Source: an uncultured bacterium (lineage in GTDB: Bacteria; Chloroflexota; UBA5177; JANWHV01). Taken from it: DNA of 64,000 nt. The notes beneath the pieces are model-generated. The model was not told where the DNA came from. It searched no databases and saw only the letters and a program-made list of their open reading frames with translations. Position numbers and translations under genes: made by a program. The stretch is taken from assembly GCA_963827235.1 (NCBI GenBank), contig CAWHAE010000012.1:224001-288000 (forward strand), given 5' to 3'. This document shows positions 9,818 through 20,439 of this stretch, one piece after another (the first letter of the stretch is position 1; each line of letters opens with the position of its first letter).

Positions 9818-11725
9818 CTAATCCTCGGCCACCACGATGATGCGGTCGCCCTCGGTGAACGTGACCGGCTTCGATTTGTCCGGGTTGACGCACACGCCAT
9901 ACTGCGCCGCCGCGTCGGAGGCGGCGGCCAGGATGCGATAGCCGATGGCGACATGACCGCGCCGGCGCGCCGCGTCGACCACTGTGTAGAAGTTGACCGG
10001 CCGGTCGAGAACGACGTAGTTGTCGGCGGCCTTCAGATACAGCTCGGAACCGTCGGCGTCGAACAGATCGTTGAACACGGGCAGCAGCTCGCTGTTTTCG
10101 GAGATCTGGGAGAGCATGAGACTGACCAGCTGGTTGCTGACGATGAAGTCGTCGGCGTGTGTCACTTGGGCCAGTTCGCGATTGCGCACGTCGAGCATCT
10201 CGCTGACGATTGGGATGCGGGATCCAGCCCGCTCGAGGATGTCGCGCAGGTGAAGCAGGCTGATCAAGGTTCGCGCATCCGCCGCCTGCGGGTCGAGAGT
10301 CTCCGCGTAACTCATGGTGATCAGGTGGTCGTATCCGGTCACCTCCAGAGCGTCCAGCACTACCCGGCTGGTGGTGTCGGCTTCCTGGAAGGTCAGCGTC
10401 TGGTGCTTCAGCCCCTCTCCACTTGCCCGCACGCTCTCCTCCACGCCGGGACCCGTGGCGACAACCTTCACGTGCGATCCAGGTGCAACATAGTTGTCCA
10501 GCTCGGCAATCACCGTGCTGCCGCTGCGATTCCAACCCAGGATCAGGGTGCGCTCGGGCGCGGGCTCCGACTCGCGCGCCTCGCGGATCGCCGACTCGTC
10601 GACGGTGCCGGGATGTGTCGAGAGACGCACCGTGTCGTCGTCTTCCGACACCGCGATCACTGCATCGCCGGCAGCGATCACGGTGCCCATGGGGGGATTC
10701 AGGGCCACGCGGCCGTCGGCAAAGCGCAGGCCGATCACGGCGGAATCCTCGTACGCCAGCAGGGACTCGCCAAACGAGCGGCCGGCCAGAGCCGGCTCCC
10801 GCTGGAAGTAAATCTCGTCGCCGCCAAAATCGAGCAGCTCCGTGTAGACGACCGAGAGTCCGGACTGTCGGCAGGTTTGCACGATGATGCGCGCCACGAG
10901 GTCATCCGAGGCGACCACCTGGGCCTCGGCACGGCCGACCAGATTGGCGAGCTCCAGGTTCCGGCTGTCGTGAAGCTCGGCTACGATGTGGTACGGCTCC
11001 GGGCGGCGGTGCGGATTGTTGGTGATCGCCAGGATCGTCTTGATCACGTGCGCGTCCGGATCGTCGACTTCGGGCGTGGGCACGATGATTGCCCTGGAAG
11101 CGTGCGGATTGACCAGCTCCAGGTCGCTCAGGTCGATCGGATTGCCGGTGCGGCAGATGATGCGCGTGGTGCCCGTATTGCCCAGGCGCGCCCGAATCGC
11201 GTCCTCCATCTCCACCTTGTCGCGATCCGCCAGGATGGCAATTGCCGCTCGCCGCTGGTTTTGATTGGCGATCACCAGCTCGGAGAGGATGGTGAAGACC
11301 TGGGGCGACCAGCCGAGAATGACAGTGTGGTCTTGCTCGACCACCAGCGAGCGTCCCTTGCGCAGGCCGTCCAGACGACTGGAGATGCCGGTGGTGAGCA
11401 GACCGATCAGGATACTGGTCAGGAAGATACCGCCGAAGGTCGTGATCAGCAGCGCTGCCAGGGCGACGGCGCTGTTGTTGGCCACGTTCTCAATCTCGCC
11501 GGTATCCAGCGTGGTGAGCAGTCCCGTCCAGGCCATGCCCGGCACGGAGAGCGCGTGACCGTCGCTGCCCTCTGGGATCTGCCGCGTGATGGTCATGAAA
11601 GCCACGACGGCGACGAGCAGGGCGGCAGAGATGAGGAACAACAACCCAATGAGCACGATTGGACCGCGAGAAAGCAGATTGTCGAAACGATAGCGCATAC
11701 GTTCGGCACGAGAAAACTTACGCAT
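9818..11725 (-). CDS. CASTOR/POLLUX/SYM8-related putative cation channel (TM + RCK domains)
   Basis: RYRFDN start, TM helices with LDTG pore-like loop, LRKGRS.VVE.DHTVILGWS, ELLDFGGDEIY, GSELYLK. Confidence 0.9.
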   Translation of the reverse strand: MRKFSRAERMRYRFDNLLSRGPIVLIGLLFLISAALLVAVVAFMTITRQIPEGSDGHALSVPGMAWTGLLTTLDTGEIENVANNSAVALAALLITTFGGIFLTSILIGLLTTGISSRLDGLRKGRSLVVEQDHTVILGWSPQVFTILSELVIANQNQRRAAIAILADRDKVEMEDAIRARLGNTGTTRIICRTGNPIDLSDLELVNPHASRAIIVPTPEVDDPDAHVIKTILAITNNPHRRPEPYHIVAELHDSRNLELANLVGRAEAQVVASDDLVARIIVQTCRQSGLSVVYTELLDFGGDEIYFQREPALAGRSFGESLLAYEDSAVIGLRFADGRVALNPPMGTVIAAGDAVIAVSEDDDTVRLSTHPGTVDESAIREARESEPAPERTLILGWNRSGSTVIAELDNYVAPGSHVKVVATGPGVEESVRASGEGLKHQTLTFQEADTTSRVVLDALEVTGYDHLITMSYAETLDPQAADARTLISLLHLRDILERAGSRIPIVSEMLDVRNRELAQVTHADDFIVSNQLVSLMLSQISENSELLPVFNDLFDADGSELYLKAADNYVVLDRPVNFYTVVDAARRRGHVAIGYRILAAASDAAAQYGVCVNPDKSKPVTFTEGDRIIVVAED

Positions 11726-12234
11726 TGGCCCTCAATCCCGTCCCTATGGCAGGAGAATCGGCGAAAAGTGCGCTAACCGCGCAGCGTTACCTGAGCGTAG
11801 CGGCATGACTCCGCCATCGCAATGGCCCGTTGGTGTGGTGGCGCATCAGCAATCAGTGATCGCGTTTCCCGCGTCCGCGTGCACCGATTGCGCTGCCGGG
11901 GCAGCGTCAACCTGGCGGAAGGACCACGGTCTTCGCGCGCGCCGCAACCGGCCGCGGCCGGCCTCGCTCCTTCCCCGGCTCGTGGCTCGTCCCAGCCAGT
12001 CGCGGGCCGTTCTCCGGCCGCCATAGCTTGCGGTCCGATGGGCCCCGCGCAGCAATAGACGTGCTCGTGCCGCGCGCAGGGACGCGACGCGCCGCAGCCG
12101 GCGCCCTGGGCGGGAGGTCACCGTGCGCTCTGGCGCGAGCCACGGCGGACTACCGCGTGTGGTGCCTCGAGGCCGCGCCTTCCGGTGCTGGAGCTGCCCG
12201 ATTCGGCGCGCGCCCGCCTGCCTCGGGCGGCGTC

Positions 12235-13422
12235 TCAGCCTTCGTGAGCGGCCAGGGCGGCCCGTCCGAGCTCGTCGATCACCACGTCGTCCTGCGGAAA
12301 GTGGACGCGGCTGCACAGGATGTCCCGGTAGTGACGCTCGAGCGCGTTGTGCCGGGTCAAGCCTGGATTCCCGATCAGGGAAACGGCGTACTCCACGGAC
12401 CAGATAACGGCGCGGCCGACCAGCTGCTTCGTCGCTCGGGCCGCGGGGCCGGCACTTGGATCGCCGGCGTCGATGCGCGCCGCGGCGCCACGCAGCAGCT
12501 CGGCCGCTTCAATCAGCCGCGCTTCGATCTCCCCGACGGCAGTCTGGAAACGGGGTAGCGAGGCGAGAGGCTTGCCCAGGTTGGCCGGCACGCGCTCGTG
12601 CAGAAAGCGTACCAGCCAGGCCCGCGCCGCCTCCGCCACGCCGAGATAGATGGCGGGGAAGGCGACGTTGCCCCACAGTCGGGCACGCGGATCCTGGCTG
12701 GCGAGCGCCTGCCCCGGCTCGGCCAGCTCGACCACGGCATGTTCGGCGACGCGCACGTCGTCGAGGATGACGTCGTCGCCGCGGCTGGCGCGCAGGCCCA
12801 GGTGATCCCAGGTGCGATCGATTCGCACCCCGGGCGCGTCGCTCCGTACCGCGAACGATCCGACACGCGGCGCTTGCTCGTCCGTGCGCGCCAGGACAAG
12901 CATCCAGCGCAGTCCCGGCGCTCCCGTGGAGTAGACCTTGTGCCCTGAGATCCGCCAGTCTCGGCCGTCTGCGACCGCCTTCGAGACCGGCATGCCGCCG
13001 CGCGACGGCGTGCCGAGCGCCGGCTCTACCTGCAGGCTATTGAGCAGCGTCGGCCGCTGCTCGGATTCGGCCAGCACCTCGGCGTAGAGCCGCTCGGGCC
13101 AGGTGCCCTGGCGGGCCTGGCCGGCGTGCAACGCGATGGTGAATGCCGCGATCAGCGCCGCGGACGGGTCACCCCGCCCGAGCGCGCGCAGGATTCGCAG
13201 CGTGTCGGAGAGCGTGCCGCCCGGACCGCCGCACTGCCTGCCCACGGTAGAGGTCAGAACGCCGGCCCGGTGCAGCAGCTCGATGCTCTCGGCGGGAAAG
13301 TCCGCGCTCCGGTCGTAGCCGGGCGCCCGCTCCGCCAGGGCGCCGCTCAGCGCTTGGAGGATGTCGTCCGAAGGCAGAGCGGGAAAGCGAGGGCCGCCCT
13401 CCGGCGGCGGGAGATCGCTCAT
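12235..13422 (-). CDS. Acyl-CoA dehydrogenase-like flavin monooxygenase (SfnB/DszC-related)
   Basis: GHKVYSTG, TWDHLGLRAS, LERHYRDILCSRVHFPQDD. Confidence 0.88.
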   Translation of the reverse strand: MSDLPPPEGGPRFPALPSDDILQALSGALAERAPGYDRSADFPAESIELLHRAGVLTSTVGRQCGGPGGTLSDTLRILRALGRGDPSAALIAAFTIALHAGQARQGTWPERLYAEVLAESEQRPTLLNSLQVEPALGTPSRGGMPVSKAVADGRDWRISGHKVYSTGAPGLRWMLVLARTDEQAPRVGSFAVRSDAPGVRIDRTWDHLGLRASRGDDVILDDVRVAEHAVVELAEPGQALASQDPRARLWGNVAFPAIYLGVAEAARAWLVRFLHERVPANLGKPLASLPRFQTAVGEIEARLIEAAELLRGAAARIDAGDPSAGPAARATKQLVGRAVIWSVEYAVSLIGNPGLTRHNALERHYRDILCSRVHFPQDDVVIDELGRAALAAHEG

Positions 13423-13946
13423 ACCGTGTTCGTGACCGACCCGGTCACGGTCTGCGGGTTTCGAATCAGGTTCAGAATCAGACTCGATCGCTGCGCCGCC
13501 GCGTGCAGGCGTTCGAGATCCTCGGCGCTGGCAGTGGGCGCGCTGAGAGTCACCTCGTAGGTGATCTTCTGCGGCTCGACGATCGCCTCCGGAAAGTCCG
13601 GATCGCCGCCGCGCGGATCGACCTCGCCATTGACCGTGACCGAGAGTGAGTCCAGTGTTATGTCCAGTTCCGCCGCTTTCACCAGGAAGATATGGGTGAG
13701 GCAGCTACCCAGGGTTCCTAGCTGAAGCTGGCCCGACGATGGACCCAGCGTATAGCCGGCATAGTCGTACCCCGAATCCGAGAGCACCTGGAAGTCCCCC
13801 AGCCGGATACGGCGCACGCCGCTGCGGCCCTCCGCCGTGACCTGGGCGGTGATCTTGCCCCTGGGATAGTTGGCCTGCCGCGATTTCTCGCGCAATGCCG
13901 CGCGAGCCGCCTTCTTCTGCACGAGATACTCTGAGAGTCCGCTCAT
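13419..13946 (-). CDS. OsmC-family protein (single conserved Cys)
   Basis: GRSGVRRIR..DFQV.SDSG...AGY.LGPSS, GSCLTH; second Cys position reads RSSL. Confidence 0.85.
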   Translation of the reverse strand: MSGLSEYLVQKKAARAALREKSRQANYPRGKITAQVTAEGRSGVRRIRLGDFQVLSDSGYDYAGYTLGPSSGQLQLGTLGSCLTHIFLVKAAELDITLDSLSVTVNGEVDPRGGDPDFPEAIVEPQKITYEVTLSAPTASAEDLERLHAAAQRSSLILNLIRNPQTVTGSVTNTV

Positions 13947-13995
13947 CGCATTCTCCTCGCTGTCTTTCACTCTCTCGTCTCGACTATGCCCGGCC

Positions 13996-15108
13996 TCAGC
14001 CTGCCACGGCGAGCGCGGCCTGCGCCGCCGCGTGCTCGCGTCGCGCCACTTCCTCGCGCACCAGGGGGATGAGGTAGCGCCCGTAGTCGATGCAATCGTT
14101 CAGCGGCTCGTAGCCGCGGATCAAGAAGCTGGTAGCGCCGATATCCACATAGTCGAGAATGGCCTGGGCAACCGTTTCCGGCGTGCCCACCAGTGCCGTC
14201 GTGTTTCCGAAGGCGCCGGCCGCCGTCGCCGTGGCAGTGAACAGCGCCCGATCGTGGCGCTCACCGCGCTCGGCGACCGCGACCAGGCGCTCGCCTCCGA
14301 CGCTGCGCGGACGGGGAGTGCCCGCACCGCCTGCGGCCAGCCACCCGCTCCGCTCGATCTTGTTCACGATTTCGTAGGCGCGCTCCCAGGCGAGCTCCTC
14401 GGTGGGAGCGAGAATCGGGCGGAAGGAGACGCTGAAGGCAGGCCCTTCCGTGCGGCCGATCCCGCGGGCGATCTGCTTCACGTCCTCGATCGTGGCCCGT
14501 GTCTCCGCCAGCGGCTCGCCGAAGAGCATGTAGTTGTCCGCCTGCTTGGCGGCGACGATACGGGCCTCGGGGGAGGACCCGCCGAAGTAGATCGGGATGC
14601 CCGGCTTCTGATACGGCAGTACCTGGGAGCGCAGCTCTTCGAAGCGGTAGAACCTTCCCGTGTGGCTCAGCGGCTCCCGGCCCGACCACACGGCCTTGAA
14701 GATGTCGAGGTATTCGTCGGTCCTGGTGTAGCGCTCCTCCTTCGTCGTGTAGTCGCCGTCCAGGCGCATCTCCGCGTCCGCGCCGCCGGTGACGATGTTC
14801 AGCGCCAGGCGCCCCTCGTGCAGCACGTCGAACGAGGCGAAGATCCGCGCCGCGTAGGTCGGCTGTATGAATCCCGGCCTGTAGGCGATCAGGAAGCGCA
14901 GGCGCTCCGTCTGCGCCGCGGCGTAGGCTGCCACCTGCACGCTGTCTGCCCTGCTGGATCCGTAGCCGACAAGGGCGCTGTCGAACCCGCCGTCCTCGTG
15001 TGCACGCGCTATCCGGCGCAGGTAGTCGCGATCCACGATCGGCAGTTTGTGCGGGTGGATTTCCGAATTGTCGTGTGTGAAAAGACTACCGATGAACTCT
15101 ACGGGCAT
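13996..15108 (-). CDS. LLM-class FMNH2-dependent monooxygenase (SsuD-related)
   Basis: ARAHEDGGFD, AYRPGF, GRLALNIVTGG, IYFGGSS, TALVGTPETVA. Confidence 0.9.
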   Translation of the reverse strand: MPVEFIGSLFTHDNSEIHPHKLPIVDRDYLRRIARAHEDGGFDSALVGYGSSRADSVQVAAYAAAQTERLRFLIAYRPGFIQPTYAARIFASFDVLHEGRLALNIVTGGADAEMRLDGDYTTKEERYTRTDEYLDIFKAVWSGREPLSHTGRFYRFEELRSQVLPYQKPGIPIYFGGSSPEARIVAAKQADNYMLFGEPLAETRATIEDVKQIARGIGRTEGPAFSVSFRPILAPTEELAWERAYEIVNKIERSGWLAAGGAGTPRPRSVGGERLVAVAERGERHDRALFTATATAAGAFGNTTALVGTPETVAQAILDYVDIGATSFLIRGYEPLNDCIDYGRYLIPLVREEVARREHAAAQAALAVAG

Positions 15109-15136
15109 GGTGTGGTCCCTTTCTCACCAGTTCTGC

Positions 15137-16840
15137 TCAGCTCGTCATCCGTGTGGAAGCCTCTGCCTTTGCCGCCGGCCGGTCTGCCCGGCGCCTGCCC
15201 GGGATCGCCTCGACGAGCTCCTGGGTGTAGGCGTGGGCGGGATGCTCCAGCACCTCGCCGGTCGGCCCCGACTCCACGATCTTTCCTTTCCGCATGACGG
15301 CGACGCGATCCGATATCTGCCTGACTACTCCCAGGTCGTGCGAGATGAAGAGGTAGCTCAGTCCCAGGGCACCCTGCAGATCGACCAGCAGCTCGAGGAT
15401 CTGCGCCTGTACGGATACGTCCAGCGACGAGACCGGCTCGTCGCAGACCACGAGGTCCGGTTCCAGGGCCAGCGCGCGGGCGATCGCCACGCGCTGCCGC
15501 TGCCCGCCTGACAGCTCCCGCGGCTTGCGCTCGCGGAGCGTGGGCGACAGCGCGACCATCTCCAGGAGCTTCCCCACCCGGTCTCGCCGGGCTCGTCGAT
15601 CGCCGATCCGGAAGGCGCGGAGCGGCTCATCAATCAGCTCGGCCACCGAGAACCGTGGATTGAGCGAGTCAAACGGATTCTGAAATACGATCTGCATCTT
15701 TCGCCGCAGCCGCCGTATCTCCTGCCTGTCGGCGGTCGCCAGGTCGACGCCGTGCACCAGTACCGAGCCTGCGGTCGGCCGATCCAGGCCGAGGACGAGC
15801 CGCGCCGTGGTCGACTTCCCCGATCCGGATTCCCCGACCAGGCTCAGGGTCTCGCCGCGCGTGATCTGCAGGCTCACGCCGTCGAGGGCCCGAACCGTCT
15901 CGCGCTTTCCCTCGCTCGCCGGTAGCTCGTACTCCTTCACGAGGTTGTCGATCACCAGCAGCGGCTCCACGGCTCCGGCCCGGCCGTGCGCCGGCGACGC
16001 CGTCGCCTGAACGCGCGGCACGAGCCTCGCCCCGTGCAGGCTGGGTGCCTTGGCGATGAGCTGCCGGCTGTACGCATGCCGCGGCGCGCACAGCACGTCG
16101 GAGGCGACGCCGTGCTCGACGAGCTGTCCGTTCTGCATGACCAGGATCCTTTGCGCGCGATCGGCAGCTACTGCCAGGTCGTGCGTGATCAGGAGCACGG
16201 CGGTCCGCGATGACGCGGTGAGCGCCGCGATGCGATCCAGGATCTGCCTCTGCACCGTGACGTCCAGCGCGCTCGTCGGCTCGTCCGCGATCAGGAGTCG
16301 CGGCCGGCAGGCCAGGCCGATGGCGATCAGCACCCGCTGCCGCAGGCCGCCGGAGAGCTCGTGTGGATACTGCAGGGCGCGCCGATCCGGATCGGGAATC
16401 CCGGCCTCGCGCAGCGCCTCCACTGCCTGGCTCCGCGCCGTGCTTCGAGTGGCCATGCCATGGATCCGCAGCACCTCCGCCACCTGGTGACCTACCCTGT
16501 GGGTGGGCGTCAGCGACACCATGGGATCCTGCGGGATGAAGCCGATTTCCTTTCCGCGCACGGTACGCCACGCCCGTTCGCCCAGCCCGGTTACCTGCCG
16601 GCCCTGAAATGTAATCGCACCCGACAATATTCGCCCGCCGGCGGGCAGGAGGCCGATCAGCGCGTGGGCCGTCGAGCTCTTTCCCGATCCCGATTCGCCG
16701 ACCACGGCCACGACCTCTCCCGGGAATACGGAGAAGGAAAGGTCGCGCACGGCTGCCACCGTGCGCCGGGCGCTGCGATACGAGATGGTCAGAGCGCGGA
16801 CGTCGAGCACGGCACGGTCCTCTGCCCTCTCGCGGATCAT
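15137..16840 (-). CDS. ABC transporter ATP-binding protein, fused double domain (Dpp/Opp type)
   Basis: Two GESGSGKS Walker A motifs, LSGG signatures, DEPTSALD and DEPVSSLD. Confidence 0.96.
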   Translation of the reverse strand: MIRERAEDRAVLDVRALTISYRSARRTVAAVRDLSFSVFPGEVVAVVGESGSGKSSTAHALIGLLPAGGRILSGAITFQGRQVTGLGERAWRTVRGKEIGFIPQDPMVSLTPTHRVGHQVAEVLRIHGMATRSTARSQAVEALREAGIPDPDRRALQYPHELSGGLRQRVLIAIGLACRPRLLIADEPTSALDVTVQRQILDRIAALTASSRTAVLLITHDLAVAADRAQRILVMQNGQLVEHGVASDVLCAPRHAYSRQLIAKAPSLHGARLVPRVQATASPAHGRAGAVEPLLVIDNLVKEYELPASEGKRETVRALDGVSLQITRGETLSLVGESGSGKSTTARLVLGLDRPTAGSVLVHGVDLATADRQEIRRLRRKMQIVFQNPFDSLNPRFSVAELIDEPLRAFRIGDRRARRDRVGKLLEMVALSPTLRERKPRELSGGQRQRVAIARALALEPDLVVCDEPVSSLDVSVQAQILELLVDLQGALGLSYLFISHDLGVVRQISDRVAVMRKGKIVESGPTGEVLEHPAHAYTQELVEAIPGRRRADRPAAKAEASTRMTS

Positions 16841-17799
16841 CGAGGTGCCCTTTCGCCTTCAAAGGCACGCGCCAGGCGGTTCGCGGAGAGGACCGTGAGC
16901 ACGATCACCAGGCCGGGAAGCGTGGTGAGCCACCAGGCCGTGGCAAGGTAGTCGCGGCCGTCGGCGACCAGGGATCCCCATTCCGGCGTGGGCGGCTTCG
17001 CGCCGAGACCGAGAAAGCTGAGCGAGGCCACTGCAAGGATCGCCTGGCCGAATTCCAGCGCAGCCAGCACCAGCACCGGACCGGCGGCGTTGGGCAGGAC
17101 GTGCCGCCTCAGGATCGAAAACGCCGTCGATCCCGAGGCGCGCCCTGCCTCCACGTACGTCGACGTCGACACGCGCAGGACTTCCGACCGCATCACACGG
17201 GCGAAACCGGCGACGCTGGTAATGCCCACGGCAATGCCCACGTGCAGGGTGCCGAACCCCAGCGCGGAGACGATGGCCAGGGCGAGGATCAGGCTGGGCA
17301 CCGCGAGCATGACCTCCATGCAGCGCATCACGGCATCTTCGATCCAGCCTCCGAGGTAGCCCGCCGTCAGCCCCAGGCTGCTGCCGATCACCAGGCCCAG
17401 CAGCACGGCAAGCAGCGTCGCCTGCAGCGTCAGACTCGTGCCGTAGATCACCCGCGTGAGCTCGTCGCGGCCGAGCACGTCGGTGCCGAACCAGTGCGCC
17501 GGACTGGGTGCCAGCAGGCTATCGTTCGGGTTGCCGGCCAATGGGTTCCGGCCGGAGAACAATCCCGGCACGAAAGCCCAGGCGATCACGACGGCCGTCA
17601 CCAGTGCGGACAGGACGAGCTCGATCCGGCGAGCCAGGAACGGCGCCGCGTCGACTGCGCCCCGCCTCAGGAAGCTCGAGGGCCGTTCGCCCCGTCGCAC
17701 CGTCGAGCCTGCCGCCGAGATCGCGCTGTTTCTCCGGTGCCGCGGCGCCCAGCATGAGCTCAGACATGGAGCCACCTGACTTCCCGTATCATCGTGCAC
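16837..17799 (-). CDS. ABC transporter permease (DppC-like); true start uncertain
   Basis: HWFGTDVLGRD, EAA-loop YVEAGRASG, RHVLPN, LSFLGLG..PPTPEWG. Confidence 0.9.
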   Translation of the reverse strand: MHDDTGSQVAPCLSSCWAPRHRRNSAISAAGSTVRRGERPSSFLRRGAVDAAPFLARRIELVLSALVTAVVIAWAFVPGLFSGRNPLAGNPNDSLLAPSPAHWFGTDVLGRDELTRVIYGTSLTLQATLLAVLLGLVIGSSLGLTAGYLGGWIEDAVMRCMEVMLAVPSLILALAIVSALGFGTLHVGIAVGITSVAGFARVMRSEVLRVSTSTYVEAGRASGSTAFSILRRHVLPNAAGPVLVLAALEFGQAILAVASLSFLGLGAKPPTPEWGSLVADGRDYLATAWWLTTLPGLVIVLTVLSANRLARAFEGERAPR

Positions 17800-18745
17800 G
17801 CCTCGCGGCCGTCGCGATGCGCGGATCGATCCAGCAGTAGATCAGGTCGACGGCCAGGCTCACCAGCACGAAGATCGTGGCGCTGAGCACGACGGCACCC
17901 TGTATGACCGGAATGTCCTCGGCATCTACCGCCTGGAAGATCACTCGCCCGACCCCGGCCCTGGAGAAGATAGTCTCCACGACCACGGAGCCGGCGAGCA
18001 GGTTGCCGACGATCACTCCCAGCATGGTGAGGGCGGGGATCGACGCCGTGCGCAGCGCGTGGCGAAGCAACACTCTCCCCCGGCCGATGCCGCGCGTGCG
18101 GGCGCTGTCGATGTAGGGCTCGGCCAGCGTCGTGCGCAGGCTCTTGGCCAGTAGCTGAGCGATGACCGACGCGGTGGGCAGCGACAGCGTGATGGCCGGC
18201 AACACCAGGCTCTTCGGGCCGATGCTTCCCAGGGCCGGAAACAGCGGCCAGTGGAACGAGAAGAGCTCGATCAGCACAAGGCCGGTCCAGAAGGTGGGCA
18301 TCGAGATGCCGATCGAGGGCAGGGTGAGCAGAAGCTGCTGCATCAGGCGGGATCGCGTGTACGTGGCAGCCAGCGCGATGCTCGCTCCCAGCAGCAGGGC
18401 AAGCAGCAGGGCCAGGGCGGCGAGCTGGAGCGTCGGCATGAACGCCTGGGCGAGCATCGTCGTGACGGTTTGCCCCGTCTGGATCGAGGTGCCGAAGTTG
18501 CCGCTCACGGCGCGGCTCAGGGCAAGAAAGTACTGCACGACGATCGGCTTGTCAAAACCGTACTCCGCCTCAATATGGGCTATCTGCGCCTGGCTGGGCA
18601 GGGTGAGCGTGGCCCCGTTGCCGCCGCCGAGCATCAGCAAGACGGGATTCCCGGGCAGCGTGTACAGGATCACGAACGAGGCGGTGAAGGCGGCCAGCAG
18701 GACGAACGCGCCCTGGGCGAGTCTGCGTGCGAGATAGAGTGCCAT
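17789..18745 (-). CDS. ABC transporter permease (DppB-like)
   Basis: GFDKPIVVQY, GNFGTS, ARTRG, RHALR, VVVETIFSRAGVG. Confidence 0.95.
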   Translation of the reverse strand: MALYLARRLAQGAFVLLAAFTASFVILYTLPGNPVLLMLGGGNGATLTLPSQAQIAHIEAEYGFDKPIVVQYFLALSRAVSGNFGTSIQTGQTVTTMLAQAFMPTLQLAALALLLALLLGASIALAATYTRSRLMQQLLLTLPSIGISMPTFWTGLVLIELFSFHWPLFPALGSIGPKSLVLPAITLSLPTASVIAQLLAKSLRTTLAEPYIDSARTRGIGRGRVLLRHALRTASIPALTMLGVIVGNLLAGSVVVETIFSRAGVGRVIFQAVDAEDIPVIQGAVVLSATIFVLVSLAVDLIYCWIDPRIATAARRAR

Positions 18746-18789
18746 CTGTCCAGCTCCGCTTCTGGTCGGCTCGGGGGAAGCTACCGGAC

Positions 18790-20400
18790 CTACTTGCTGG
18801 TCCAGGTGTCGTAGAATTCGAGACGCGTGTTGGCCTCAAAGCGCAGGCCGTGCACGTACGGCGCCACGCCGACCACCTGAATCTGCTCGTAGAGCGGAAT
18901 GGCCAGGGCGTGGGCGACGATGTATTGCTGGGCATTGGCCGCCGCGGCCTGGCGTGCGACCGGGTCCGTGGTGGCATTGAGTTGATCCAGGTAGACCTGG
19001 AGCGCCTGCGTCTTCAGGTGCGAAAGGTTGCCGACCTTGGTCGAGAAATCCAGCAGCATCGCGTTCGGATCGCCGCGCGTCAGTCCATAGGGCACCAGAT
19101 CGTAGTTGCCGGCCGCCAGCGCGGCGAGCATGGCGCCTCGCGTGGTGGTCTGGATCTGCAGATCGACCCCGATCTGAGCCAGGTTCTCCTGCACGAACTG
19201 GTAGACCGTGGTTGGTCCCGCCTGGCCGTTCAGAATGGTGACCGTGAGGCGTCGCCCGTTCTTCTGCCGTATGCCGTCCGATCCGACCTTCCAGCCGTCG
19301 TTCTCCAACAGGGTCCGGGCAGCGGCCGGGTCGTAGCTCAGCAGCGAAGACAGATCCGTGTAGTAGGGCGTGGTCGACGAGAGGATGCTGGTAGCAGGCC
19401 TGTCGGTCGGCGGCTCGAGGGTGGCTACGAGCTGCTGCCGGTTTATTCCCTTGACGATTGCCAGCCGCACGGCCTCATCCGAGAGGATGGGTGCCGAATT
19501 GTTGGCCACCAGCTCGGAGACTGTGCCCGGATTGTCGTGAGTCAGCGTGGTGAAGCCGCTGGACGTGAGGGCGGGAATGTCCTGTTTGGTAATATCGCCG
19601 GCGGCGTCGACCTGTCCCGATTCCAGGCTGCCCGAGCGCACGCTCGCGGTCGGCACGATGTCGAAGATGAGCTTGTTCAGATAGGCATCGCCGGTATGTG
19701 TGGCCACCGCGGATGGCCAGTCGTAGCCGTCGCGGCGCGTGAGCACGATCTGCTGGCTGGGCGTGTAGCTGGTCAGCACGAATGGCCCCGATCCGATGAT
19801 GCCGCCCTGGCAGCGCTGCGCGGCCGACAGCTTGTAGGTCCGCGGCGCCTCGATCCCCAGGGTCATGGTCGACGCCGCCTGCAGGAAGCCTGCGTTCGGC
19901 TGGGCAAAGCTGATCTGCAGGCTGCCGGCGTTGAGCACCTTGGTGCCCAGGTAGCCGGGTATGTAGGTCGAGCCGACGACCGCCTTGGGTCCCAGGGCGT
20001 AGATGGCGTCGAAGCTGGACTTGACGGCGACCGCGTCCAGCCGCTCGCCATCGCTGAAGGTTATGCCGTCGCGCAGCACGAACGTGAAGACGGTCGAGTT
20101 CGCGTTCACCGTCCACGAGGAGGCGAGCCAGGGAACGATCTTACCGCTTTGCGGATCTTCGTCGACCAGGGAATCGACGAATTGCCGACCCACGTTGAGA
20201 CTCACCGTCAGGTCCGACTGCTGCGGGTCGATGCAGATCGGATCGCTGCTCAGGGCGAAGGTCACCGTGCCGCCGGATTGCGGCGCCGGCCCGGAGGCGG
20301 ACGCCGGGCGCGGTGCCTGGGGCGCTGCCAGCAAGGCGGCGGTGACGGCGGCGAGCGAAGCGGCCAGGAGCCGGTACGGTCGACGAGATGTGCGGTCCAT
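18790..20400 (-). CDS. ABC transporter substrate-binding protein (family 5)
   Basis: Signal peptide, CIDPQQ, IVPWLASSW, LRDGITFSDG, IGSGPF. Confidence 0.93.
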   Translation of the reverse strand: MDRTSRRPYRLLAASLAAVTAALLAAPQAPRPASASGPAPQSGGTVTFALSSDPICIDPQQSDLTVSLNVGRQFVDSLVDEDPQSGKIVPWLASSWTVNANSTVFTFVLRDGITFSDGERLDAVAVKSSFDAIYALGPKAVVGSTYIPGYLGTKVLNAGSLQISFAQPNAGFLQAASTMTLGIEAPRTYKLSAAQRCQGGIIGSGPFVLTSYTPSQQIVLTRRDGYDWPSAVATHTGDAYLNKLIFDIVPTASVRSGSLESGQVDAAGDITKQDIPALTSSGFTTLTHDNPGTVSELVANNSAPILSDEAVRLAIVKGINRQQLVATLEPPTDRPATSILSSTTPYYTDLSSLLSYDPAAARTLLENDGWKVGSDGIRQKNGRRLTVTILNGQAGPTTVYQFVQENLAQIGVDLQIQTTTRGAMLAALAAGNYDLVPYGLTRGDPNAMLLDFSTKVGNLSHLKTQALQVYLDQLNATTDPVARQAAAANAQQYIVAHALAIPLYEQIQVVGVAPYVHGLRFEANTRLEFYDTWTSK

Positions 20401-20439
20401 GGAACTCCTTAATCTGTTCGAGAGAACGAGAGAGTGTGG

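Noticed and set aside
9788-11776. Long antisense ORFs (also 2946-4760, 13870-15297, 18727-20412, 32972-34168)
   Set aside because: Shadow ORFs caused by high-GC codon bias opposite well-supported genes; no motifs.
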